This document shows, piece after piece, positions 37,811-48,665 of a DNA stretch of 64,000 nt. Location of the stretch: assembly GCF_018977255.1 (NCBI RefSeq), contig NW_024704745.1, positions 12,152,001 through 12,216,000 of the forward strand, written 5' to 3'. The position numbers and the translations under genes are program-made. Origin of the DNA: Callorhinchus milii (Eukaryota). Positions within the stretch are counted from its first letter, which is position 1, and each line of letters opens with the position of its first letter. The notes beneath the pieces are model-generated. The model did not search any database. It was not told the origin of the DNA and was given only the letters and a program-made list of their open reading frames with translations.

Positions 37811-40489
37811 TTGCACATGTGACCCATGTCCTGTTGCACTGTATTTGAAAGATGATTACTTTGGTGCTGGCAGATTTAAAAGCCTGTCAATGTAATTACT
37901 CGGTACGGATAAAAGAAAGTGACAAGAGAGGGAGAGGCTTTGATGAAAGTGTCAAACTGCAAATGTCAGAGGCTCGCTCCCTGACAGGAATCTGTGAGCA
38001 CCAGATCAAACACAAGACTACATCTGTGAAACTTCCAGGGAGTCTGACGTTTTTCCGATTGCCTCCACCCTCCAAAGACACTGCTAAACATCACATTCTG
38101 GGTAAGCACATGATAATAATGACTGCAGCCTGAGAGCCATCCACTGGTTTTACCAAACACCAAGGGATCTATCTGTTAACCATTTGTGATCCCAATTTTA
38201 AACCATTGTGGCAAATCATTTGTGAAACTCCACCCCCCCACCCCACCACCTCCCCCCATGGTGCAACAGGTTTCCGTCAACACTGAACCTTCCTTTCACA
38301 TTAAAGCTTTGTACTACTTACTGTATTAAAGTGAAACAAACTGTAGTATTTAAAAAACGCAGGTGTAGACATTTTCATTGACGCATTTTGTACTAAATGT
38401 CATTGTTTTCATCCATCTCATTCCATTTTTTTCTAATGTAAAATCTGCTTTTAATTTGGATCTGGTGCATGAGGGCATCTTTAAATCATTGCCGGCCAAA
38501 ACCAATGTATCCAGTTCACACTGTAATTGGAAACAGACACACATCTTATCCCCTTGAGCTGACATGATATTCTGAAACTGCACAAGTTCATTTCGGATAC
38601 CAATCTGGAGAATACTACAGGGATGGATTCCTGCAGTGTTCTAAAAGAAACATGGTCAGATTTCTATCGGGGCCGATTATCATTGAGCAACTCGAGATAG
38701 ATTGATTGGTTTGTACAGGACTCCAGCTTCCTTGCCTCCTGTCCAGGGTGTCTGCATTTTTAGGTGATTTGAGAACTGCTCAAGTGTGCCAATTTTGAGC
38801 CTTCTATCAGCATGTCCACCTCAAATGAAAATTTGGAGGGTGACACAATTGACCTTAAATGTCCCCAGAATAGGGAGGAGGAAGCTTACTTAGCCAGAGT
38901 TCATTTGAGATTCCTGATCGCTGTTGCAGAGAGCTCTTCAGTGTATAGACATCAGGAGAGAGAAATGGGCTATAATTCTCTTACACCCACCCCACCTAGT
39001 TGAATAGCCTTCTGCAAATAACATTCAGCTATTATGGACTAAGGAGTGAATTCTTCTTATTAACCCTTCCTTCTGACAAATTCCTGTCCACTCCAATGGC
39101 ATTGTGACCCCAGATGAAATTAGTCCATATTTCCTTAAAATATACAAACATTGTTCATTACAATTTGCACATCATTTCCAGGAACGGTGTTTTTAAGTTT
39201 TTTTTCCATCCATCACTTTAAAATCTGTTACATGGCACCATCTAGTGCATTAAACCTGCATTGTTCAGTACTGGATAAACATGATGCTGCTCAAAATATT
39301 GCACGAATACTGATCTGGACAGATTGGGTTCAGATATTATGTCTGCCACTGGGGCTTGTAACATCGCTGAGTGGTTTATTAACAGGAAATGGAGCACACA
39401 CTGTTTAGGTTTCCATGTGTGGGTGGCATATATATGTGGTACTCTGCCTGGGTTTCATACTGTCACACGTGGGTTTCCATGCAACAGGCATCCGACTGAT
39501 TAAATAAAATGTTCAGGCTGCTGCACTTTGCTTCGCCCACTCTTCCAGATTCCAGTTTCCAAGACCACATTTTATTTTATTTCTAAAGCACAAAACCTCA
39601 ATTCTTGCAGTTCTAATTAGGTAACCTTCTGCCTCAGGCCCAATGCTTAAGATCTTAATCTGGATCCAAGTATAGAAATCCTCCCAATTATTTAGTTTCT
39701 CCATAATTGCAGTCTGATATTTCTTCATTAAAATGGGCAACTGGTTCTCATTACAAACTAAACAGGCAAACTCAATAAATTCCTCCATATGTATGAGGCA
39801 TAATGATGCTCTTTGCAACTCTCGATTAATAACAATAATCCTTGCATTTGATATAGTGCCTTATCATCTCATTGAGACATCTCAAAGTCACAAGACATAC
39901 TGTAAAGTGGATTGATAGTGTATGTTGTGTGCAAGAATCTTATGATAATAATCTCATATGATATACTTTAAAATGAATTGACAGTATATTTTATCTGCAA
40001 GAAGCCTATAATAATCATCGTCATCATTACATTTAGTATAGTGCCTTTCACATTACGAAGATGTCCTAAAGTGCTTCATAGGATATACTGTAAAGTGCAG
40101 TGACTGTTTTGTGGGTGGATGCCAGGCAGCTATGTTAGCTGGAGGTGCACTGCATTGCTGAAGGTAATATTTACTTTCCTTCACATAAGGAGTTTTGCAA
40201 AGCTTTTATGAAATTATATTTCTGTTTGACACAGCAGCTAAACACATTGAAAATTCTCAAACAAACACGTGAAACAATGAGTTACATTAAAAGGTAGTAG
40301 AAGTTTGCAGGCAAATGCAGTAAATAATCTCTGGCAGCAACATTGCACACATAGCAATTCGATGAATGAACGTCTGGTTTTATGTGATGAATTTTGATGG
40401 TGGAGATTATTAGCCAAGAAACTGAGAATCTTCTAGCCTTCTTCAAAATACAACAGTGCAATGAGATCTTTTGTTAAAAAGATTGTTAG

Positions 40490-40810
40490 TTGATTGGTAG
40501 ATCGCTTTTCTGGGGTGATAATCCTCTCAAAAAATAAATAATAAATTGGTCACTCAATCCACGACTGTTTGTGGGACACTGCTGTGAGCAATTGGATGCC
40601 ACGGTTCGTCCACAAAATATACAGTCAATTCACTTCACAGTATATTCTGTAATTATCATTATGAAAATTATGAAGCGCTTTGAGACGTCTCGAAGAAGTG
40701 ATTAGGCGCTATATCAAATGCAAGGATTATTATTATATTCTGTGAAGCGCTTTGCGATGTCTCAAAGACATGATAAAGTGTTATCAAATGCAAGGATTAT
40801 TATTCTATTA
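40490..40810 (+). mobile_element. 5'-truncated tRNA-Ala SINE with tandemly duplicated tail
   Basis: gaagcgcttt...tatcaaatgcaaggattattatt occurs twice head-to-tail (~40672-40735 and ~40736-40805). Confidence 0.8.
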
Positions 40811-41128
40811 TCTTTATTACCAGAATAAAACATCAATGTCAAACTTGCGACAAACTGGCTCAATTAATAGCACTGCCACCTCTAAGTCAGAAGATTGTTG
40901 GTTCAAGCCCCACATCGGGACGTGGAACCCATACAGTGGTTCCATTTCACAGTAAATCCTGTGAAGCGCTTTGGGAAGTCTTGACAATGTAATAATAAGG
41001 TACTATGTCAAATGCAAGGAATTCTAAATCAAGTATTGCTTGAGTTTCAATTTAGACTCTAAATACAACTACCAGCAAGAGAGTTGAACTCACAATAATG
41101 TGACCCAGAGCCACAGTGTAACCACATT

Positions 41129-41516
41129 GGAGTCCTGTAGCTCCGTAGTTAGAGCACTCGCCTCGCAAGCGGGAGGACCTGGGTTCGATTCCCGGCAGGG
41201 CGAAATGTTGGGCAAGTTTCCTTAATCAACAAGCCTCAATTTGCCTAGCAGTAAGTAGGAATCCGGTTGTTAGTCGATTGGCTCATCGCTTTTCCAAGGG
41301 TAATAATTCCTTCAATATAGATAAAAATAATTTGGTCACTCAATCCACAACTGTTTGTGGGACACTGCTGTGCGCAATTGGCTGCCGCGTTTCACCCACA
41401 GAATATACAGTCAATTCAATTTACAGTATATTCTGTAAAGCACTTTGAAGACACCTTGCTATATTAAATGTAAGGATTATTATTATTGTTGTTGTTATTA
41501 TTATTGTTATTGTTGT
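41129..41516 (+). mobile_element. tRNA-Ala(CGC)-derived SINE, full length
   Basis: ggagtcctgtagctccgtagttagagcactcgcctcgcaagcgggaggacctgggttcgattcccggcagggcg, then core, tail and (tta/ttg)n. Confidence 0.88.
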
Positions 41517-41800
41517 CCGGGTCTGGCTTCCTCCTTGTCCCCCTGGACCTCCACTCCACCCTCGGCGGCTGTGCCTTCAGCCACTATGCTCCGAGGCTCT
41601 GGAACTCCATTCCTCATTCCCTTCGCCTCGTGCCCTCTCTTCCTATTTTCAGGTCTCGGCTGAAGACCTTTCTTTTTGACCGCGCCATTGGTCACCTTCC
41701 TCCCCCTCCCCCTGGCTCGGTCCCGGGATCCATTACTGTGAAGTGCATTGAGAAGCCGTCCGGCGTGGAGGGGCCTATGTAAATTCAAGTTGTTGTTCGT
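41517..41800 (+). mobile_element. L2 LINE 3' end whose (TTG)n tail runs into the G/T array
   Basis: LGGCAFSHYAPRLWNSIP..FRSRLKTFLFDRA; tail gagaagccgtccggcgtggaggggcctatgtaaattcaagttgttgtt. Confidence 0.85.
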
Positions 41801-42911
41801 ATTATTGTTGTTATTGTTATTATTTGTTGTTATTTATTGTTGTTGTTGTTGTTGCGGTTAATGTTGTTGTTGTTTATTGTTGTTATTATTGTTGTTTATT
41901 ATTGTTATTGTTTATTGTTGCAGTTGGTTATTGTTGTTTATTGTTGTTTATTGCTGTTATGGTTGTTTATTGTTGTTTATTGCTGTTATGGTTGTTTATT
42001 GTTGTTTATTGTTGTGGTTGTTTATTGTTGTGGGTGGTTGTTGTTGTTTATTGTGGTTGTTTTTTATTGTTATTGTGGTTGTTTATTGTTGTTCATTGTT
42101 GTTGTGGTTGTTGTTGTTTATTGTTGTTGTGGTGGTTGTTGTTTCTTGTTGTGGTGGTTGTTGTTGTTTGTTGTTGTTGTGGTGGTTGTTGTTTCTTGTT
42201 GTGGTGGTTGTTGTTTGTTGTTGTGGTGGTTGTTGTTGGTTGTGGTGGTTATTGTTGTGTTTTTGTTGTTGTGGTGGTGGTTGTTGTTGTTTGTTGTTGT
42301 GGTGGTTGTTTGTGTGGTTGTTGTTGTGGTTGTTGTTGTTTATTGTGGTGGTGGTGTTGTTGTTGTGGTGTTGTTGTTGTTGTTGTTGTGGTGGTGGTGT
42401 TGGTGTTGTGGTGTTGTTGTTGTTGTGGTGTTGTTGTTGTGGTGTTGTTGTGGTGGTGTTGGTGTTGTGGTGTTGTTGTTGTTTTGTTGTTGTGGTGTTG
42501 TGGTGTTATTGTTGTTGTGTTGTTGTTGTTTTGTTGTTGTGGTGTTGTGTGGTGTTGTTGTGGTGTTGTGTTGTTGGTGTTGTGGTGTTGTGTTGTTGTT
42601 GTTGTGGTGTTGGTGTTGTGGTGGTGGTGTTGTGGTGTTGTGTTGTTGTGGTGGTGGTGTTGTGGTGGTGGTGTTGTGGTGGTGGTGTTGTGGTGGTGTT
42701 GGTGTTGTTGTTGTGGTGGTGTTGGTGGTGTTGTTGTGGTGGTGTTGTTGTTTTGTTGTGTTGGTGTTGTTGGTGTTGTGGTGGTGTTGTGGTGGTGTTG
42801 TTGTGGTGGTGGTGTTGTTGGTGGTGGTGTTGTGGTGGTGTTGTTGTTGTGGTGGTGTTGTTGTTGTGGTGGTGGTGTTGTGGTGGTGGTGTTGTGGTGG
42901 TGTTGTTGTGG

Positions 42912-43141
42912 NNNNNNNNNNNNNNNNNNNNNNNNNNNNNNNNNNNNNNNNNNNNNNNNNNNNNNNNNNNNNNNNNNNNNNNNNNNNNNNNNNNNNNNNN
43001 NNNNNNNNNNNNNNNNNNNNNNNNNNNNNNNNNNNNNNNNNNNNNNNNNNNNNNNNNNNNNNNNNNNNNNNNNNNNNNNNNNNNNNNNNNNNNNNNNNNN
43101 NNNNNNNNNNNNNNNNNNNNNNNNNNNNNNNNNNNNNNNNN
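42912..43141. other. Assembly gap (230 N)
   Basis: Run of N inside the G/T array. Confidence 1.
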
Positions 43142-44214
43142 TGTTGTGGTGGTGTTGTGGTGTTGTTGTGGTGTTGTGGTGGTGCTGTGGCGTTGTTGTT
43201 GTTGTGGTGTTGTGGTGGTGTTGTGGTGTTGTTGTGGTGGTGTTGTGGTGGTGTTGTGGTGGTGCTGTGGCGTTGTTGTTGTTGTGGTGTTGTGGTGGTG
43301 TTGTGGTGGTGTTGTGGTGTTGGTGTTGGTGTTGTGGTGGTGTTGGTGGTGTTGTGGTGGTGTTGTGGTGATGGTGTTGTGGTGTGTTGTGGTGGTGTGT
43401 TGTGGTGTGGTGTTGGTGTGTTGTGGTGTGTTGTGGTGGTTGTGTTGTGGTGGTGTTGTTGTGGTGTGGTGTGGTGTGTTGTGTTGTGGTGTGGTGTGTT
43501 GTGGTGTGTTGTTGTGGTGGTGGTGTGTTGTGTTGTTGTGTGGTGTTGTGGTTGGTGTTGTTGTGTGGTTGTGTTGGTGTTGTGGTTGTGGTGGTGTTGT
43601 GGTGTGTGGTGTTGTGGTGTTGTGGTGTTGGTGTTGTGGTGTTGTGGTGGTGTTGTGGTGTTGTTGTGGTGTTGTGGTGGTGTTGTGGTGTTGTGGTGTT
43701 GTTGTTGTGGTGGTGTTGTTGTGGTGTTGTGGTGGTGTTGTTGTTGTGTGTTGTGGTGTTGTGGTGTTGGTGTTGTGGTGTTGTGTTGTGGTGTTGGTGT
43801 TGTGGTGGTGGTGTTGTGTTGGTGTTGTGTTGTGTTGGTGGTGTTGTTGTGGTGTTGTGTTGTGGTTGTTGTTGGTGTTGTGTTGGTGTTGTGTTGTTGT
43901 TGTGGTGTTGTGGTGTGTTGTTGTTGGGTGTGGTGTTGTTGTTGTGTTGTGGTGTTGTTGTTGTTGTGTGTTGTTGGTGTGTTGTTGTTGTGATGTTGTT
44001 GTTGTTGTTGTGATGTTGTTGTTGTGTTGTGTTGTGTTGTTGTTGTGATGTTGTTGTGTTGTTGTGATGGTGTTGTGGTGGTGTTGTTGTGTTGTTGTGG
44101 TGGTGTTGTTGTTGTTGTGGTGGGTGTTGTTGTTGTTGTTGTGGTGGTGTTGTTGTGGTGTTGTTGTTGTTGTTGTTGTGGTGTTGTTGTTGTTGTGGTG
44201 TTGTTGTTGTTGTT

Positions 44215-44381
44215 NNNNNNNNNNNNNNNNNNNNNNNNNNNNNNNNNNNNNNNNNNNNNNNNNNNNNNNNNNNNNNNNNNNNNNNNNNNNNNNNNNNNNN
44301 NNNNNNNNNNNNNNNNNNNNNNNNNNNNNNNNNNNNNNNNNNNNNNNNNNNNNNNNNNNNNNNNNNNNNNNNNNNNNNNNN
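44215..44381. other. Assembly gap (167 N)
   Basis: Run of N inside the G/T array. Confidence 1.
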
Positions 44382-45030
44382 TGTGGTGTTGTGGTGTTGT
44401 TGTTGTGTTGTTGTGGTGTTGTTGTTGTTGTGGTGGTGTTGTGGTGTTGTTGTGGTGTTGTTGTTGTTGTGGTGGTGTTGTGGTGTTGTTGTGGTGTTGT
44501 TGTTGTTGTGGTGGTGGTGTTGTGGTGTTGTTGTGGTGTTGTGTTGTTGTGGTGTTGCTGTGTTGTTGTTGTTGTGGTGGTGTTGTGTTGTTGTTGTGGT
44601 GTTGTTGTTGTGGTGTTGTTGTTGTTGTTGTGGTGTTGTTGTGGTGTTGTTGTTGTGGTGTTGTTGTGTTGTTGTGGTGTTGTTGTTGTGGTGTTGTTGT
44701 TGTTGTGGTGTTGTGTGTTGTTGTTGTTGTGGTGGTGGTGTTGTGGTTGTTGTGGTGTTGTTGTTGTTGTTGGTGGTGTTGTGGTGTTGTTGTGGTGTTG
44801 TTGTTGTGGTGGTGGTGTTGTGGTGTTGTTGTGGTGTTGTTGTTGTTGTGGTGTTGTTGTTGTTGTGGTGTTGTTGTGTTGTTGTTGTGTTGTTGTTGTT
44901 GTTGTTGTTGTGTTGTTGTTTGTTTGTTGTTGTGTTGTTGTTGTGTTGTTGTTGTGGTGTTGTTGTTGTGGTGTTGTTGTTGTTGTGGTGTTGTGGTGGT
45001 GTTGTGTTGTTGTTGTTGTTGTGGTGGTGG

Positions 45031-45155
45031 TGACGTGGCTCAGATCTCACTGACCATCACCAGGTCATTTGTGATTGGTTGAAAGCCCTGCTCCCTGATT
45101 GGCTGAGGAGAACGTGACGTTATTTGAATGCGCCGAAAAAGAAGAAGGGGGAGAA
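45031..45155 (+). promoter_or_regulatory. TTF2 core promoter / 5'UTR with cell-cycle-type elements
   Basis: TGACGTGG 45031-45038, ATTGG 45074-45078 and 45098-45102, TGACGTTA 45115-45122, TTTGAA 45123-45128, GCGCCGAAAA 45130-45139, directly upstream of the exon-1 ATG. Confidence 0.7.
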
Positions 45156-45183
45156 ATGGAGAGAGTTTTGTGTGAGGAACACG
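45156..45183 (+). CDS. TTF2: TTF2 coding exon 1 (MERVLCEEH-G)
   Basis: AAAATGG Kozak context, 28 coding nt then G|gtatgt donor. Resembles human MEEVRCPEHG and joins in phase to exon 2. Confidence 0.88.
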
Positions 45184-45193
45184 GTATGTGATA

Positions 45194-47150
45194 CACCGTA
45201 TACAGGGGGTCAGGGCACCGTGTACAGGGGGTCAGGGGCTCAGGGCACCGTGTACAGGGGGTCAGGGGGTCAGGGCACCGTGTACAGGGGGTCAGGGCAC
45301 CGTGTACAGGGGGTCAGGGCACCGTGTACAGGGGGTCAGGGGGTCAGGGCACCGTGTACAGGGGGTCAGGGGGTCAGGGCACCGTGTACAGGGGGTCAGG
45401 GCACCGTGTACAGGGGGACAGGGCACCGTGTACAGGGGGTCAGGGCACCGTGTACAGGGGGTCAGGGCACCGTGTACAGGGGGACAGGGCACCGTGTACA
45501 GGGGTCAGGGGGTCAGGGCACCGTGTACAGGGGGTCAGGGCACCGTGTACAGGGGGGTCAGGGCACCGTGTACAGGGGTCAGGCACCGTGTACAGGGGTC
45601 AGGGGGTCAGGGCACCGTGTACAGGGGGTCAGGGGGTCAGGGCACCGTGTACAGGGGGTCAGGGCACCGTGTACAGGGGGTCAGGGGGTCAGGGCACCGT
45701 GTACAGGGGGTCAGGGCACCGTGTACAGGGGGTCAGGGCACCGTGTACAGGGGGACAGGGCACCGTGTACAGGGGGCAGGGCACCGTGTACAGGGGACAG
45801 GGCACCGTGTACAGGGGTCAGGGGGTCAGGGCACCGTGTACAGGGGGTCAGGGGGCAGGGCACCGTGTACAGGACAGGGCACCGTGTACAGGGGGACAGG
45901 GCACCGTGTACAGGGGGTCAGGGCACCGTGTACGGGGGGACAGGGGGCACCGTGTACAGGGGGACAGGGCACCGTGTACAGGGGGACAGGGCACCGTGTA
46001 CAGGGGGACAGGGCACCGTGTACAGGGGACAGGGCACCGTGTACAGGGGTCAGGGCACCGTGTACAGGGGGACAGGGCACCGTGTACAGGGGGTCAGGGC
46101 ACCGTGTACAGGGGGTCAGGGGGACCGTGTACAGGGGGTCAGGGCACCGTGTACAGGGGAACAGGGGGACAGGGCACCGTGTACAGGGGGACAGGGCACC
46201 GTGTACAGGGGGACAGGGCACCGTGTACAGGGGGACAGGGCACCGTGTACAGGGGACAGGGCACCGTGTACAGGGGGACAGGGCACCGTGTACCGGGGGT
46301 CAGGGGGACCGTGTACAGGGGGACAGGGCACCGTGGACAGGGGGACAGGGCACCGTGTACAGGGAACAGGGGGACAGGGCACCGTGTACAGGGGGACAGG
46401 GCACCGTGTACAGGGGAACAGGGGGACAGGGCACCGTGTACAGGGGGACAGGGCCCCGTGTACAGGGGGACAGGGCACCGTGTACAGGGGGACACAGGGG
46501 GACAGGGCACCGTGTACAGGGGGTCAGGGGGACAGGGCACCGTGTACAGGGGGACAGGGCACCGTGTACAGGGGGACAGGGCACCGTGTACAGGGGCAGG
46601 GCACCGTGTACAGGGGGACAGGGCACCGTGTACAGGGGGACAGGGCACCGTGTACAGGGGGACAGGGCACCGTGTACCGGGGGTCAGGGGGTCAGGGCAC
46701 CGTGTACAGGGGGACAGGGCACCGTGTACAGGGGCTCAGGGGGTCAGGGCACCGTGTACAGGGGGATAGGGCACCGTGTACAGGGGGACAGGGCACCGTG
46801 TACAGGGGGTCAGGGCACCGTGTACAGGGGGACAGGGCACCGTGTACAGGGGGACAGGGCACCGTGTACAGGGGGACAGGGCACCGTGTACAGGGGGTCA
46901 GGGGGACAGGGCACCGTGTACAGGGGGAGAGGGGGACAGGGCACCGTGTACAGGGGGACAGGGGGACAGGGCACCGTGTACAGGGGGTCAGGGGGGGCAC
47001 CGTATACAGGAGGTCAGGGTGACAGGGCACCGTGTACAGGGGGTCAGGGGGGCACCGTTTACAGGGGGACAGGGCACCGTGTACAGGGGGACAGGGCACC
47101 GTGTACAGGGGGACAGGGGGCACGGGGACAGGGGGACCGTGTACAGGGGG
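45194..47150. repeat. G-rich minisatellite, ~22-bp unit CAGGGCACCGTGTACAGGGGG(T/A), roughly 80 units, with 8-bp CAGGGGG(T/A) spacer variants
   Basis: Directly visible; T-type units dominate the 5' part and A-type units the 3' part. Confidence 0.97.
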
Positions 47151-47470
47151 AGAGGGTCACACTGTGTACAGGGGGAGGGGATTACACTGTGTACAGAGGG
47201 AGAGGAGAGTTACACTGTACAGGGGGAGAGGGGAGGGGGTTACACTGTGTAGAGGGGGAGAGGGGAGGGGGTTACACTGTGTACAGGGGGAGAGGGGGGT
47301 TACACTGTGTACAGGGGGAGAGGGGGGGGGTTACACTGTGTACAGGGGGAGAGGGGAGGGGTTACACTGTGTACAGGGGGAGAGGGGGGGATTACACTGT
47401 GTACAGGAGGAGGGGGGGGTTACACTGGGTACAGGGGAGGGAGGGGTGTTAGATTGGGTACAAGGGGGAG
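47151..47470. repeat. Second minisatellite, ~27-30-bp unit GGGGAGAGGGGGGTTACACTGTGTACA
   Basis: About 10 degrading units sharing the GTGTACAGGGG core with the preceding array. Confidence 0.9.
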
Positions 47471-47611
47471 AGGAAGGGAGGGGTGCTACACTGGGTGCAG
47501 GGGAGAGGGAGAGAGGCGAGGGTGGGGGAGAGGGAAATTAGGTAAGGGAGGGGGTGGGGGAGACAGGAAAGTGGAGGGGGAGACAGAAAGGGGGGAAAGA
47601 GGAGGGGGGCA

Positions 47612-47950
47612 TATGATCTGCTGACTCCCTACCAGCCTGCCCGCTCCCTCCATTCAGCTCCATGTCTGCCGTCCGTCCCGCCCTACCATCGGTGGCCGGG
47701 CTTTCAGCCTCTCTACCCCCACACACTGGAACCCCATCCCACAGTCCCTTCACCTCTCTTCCTCCCTTGTCTCCTTCAAGGCCGGTCTCAAGAGCCTCCT
47801 CTTTGATCATGCCTTCGGTCGCCCTCCCACCTCTCCGCCGTCCCTCATCCCTACACCACCTCTTCTCCACGCTCAGGTCCTGACTCCTGCCTGTCCAGCG
47901 CCTTGGGACGTTCTCCCGACGTGAAAGGCGCTCTATAAATTTTGTTGTTG
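47612..47950 (+). mobile_element. L2 LINE 3' end (TTF2 intron 1)
   Basis: ggtggccgggctttcagcc...ggaaccccatccc; tail gggacgttctcccgacgtgaaaggcgctctataaatttgttgtt. Confidence 0.82.
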
Positions 47951-48665
47951 GGGGGAGAGAGGATGGGGGACGTGGGAGAGACAGGAAAGTGATGGGGGAA
48001 AGAGAGGATGAGGAAGAGTGAGGGGGATGGGGAGGAGGGTGGATGGGAGAGTGACTGGAGTCTCCATCTACCTACTCCCTCTCCCATGGTTAACTTTTAA
48101 TTTTTTTTAAAATCCCCTTCCCTCATATTTCTTGCAAAGGTGTTTGAATGCTTCGACTGAAATCAATACTATCTGTGCAGTCGCTGTTTGTAATTATATT
48201 ATCAATTATTTGGTATTACAAAGGATCCACAGTATTGGCTTTCTGCTTCTAGTGACCCTGGAAATATTCTCAAGGAGGATTTTCAGCTGAATGGCTGGGT
48301 TCTTGCGTGCAGTGCATGGGTGCAATGAGCTTCCACAATGTCAACCGCGCCCATAAATGAGCACGAGTGGCTGTGTCACAATGTGCCCCATTATACTCGT
48401 CTCACCTTTTTTTCAGGGACCCCTGACTACCATATTCTAACAAACTGGATTGCATTTCACTGAGGGGTTAAAGTAATCAGGTCAATTTCTTTTGCTCTCA
48501 GCAATGCGAGAGATTTTACTGTAGTACAGTGCTGGAAAATAAGATTTGGCATTAAGTAGTTTCAGGTATAATTTGCTTGTAGATTCAAAGGCGTCTTCAC
48601 AGTACACCGGTGTGAATTTTCTATTTTCTAAACCAGCTGCTGCTATGTGGTTTTTCATTCAATTT

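Larger units (their letters stand above)
41789..45033. repeat. ~3.2-kb low-complexity (TTG/GTG/GGT)n array containing two assembly gaps
   Basis: Almost exclusively G and T on the + strand; N runs at 42912-43141 and 44215-44381. Confidence 0.97.

Noticed and set aside
41824-45082. Very long ORFs (515-933 aa) rich in V/C/L/W/G or H/N/T/Q
   Set aside because: Artefacts of a G/T-only repeat that lacks stop codons; they span N gaps and have no domain structure.
45124-47624. Long ORFs of RAPCTGGQGTVYRGTGHRVQG repeats in all three + frames and on the - strand
   Set aside because: Translations of the intron-1 minisatellite. The real TTF2 exon ends at the 45184 donor.
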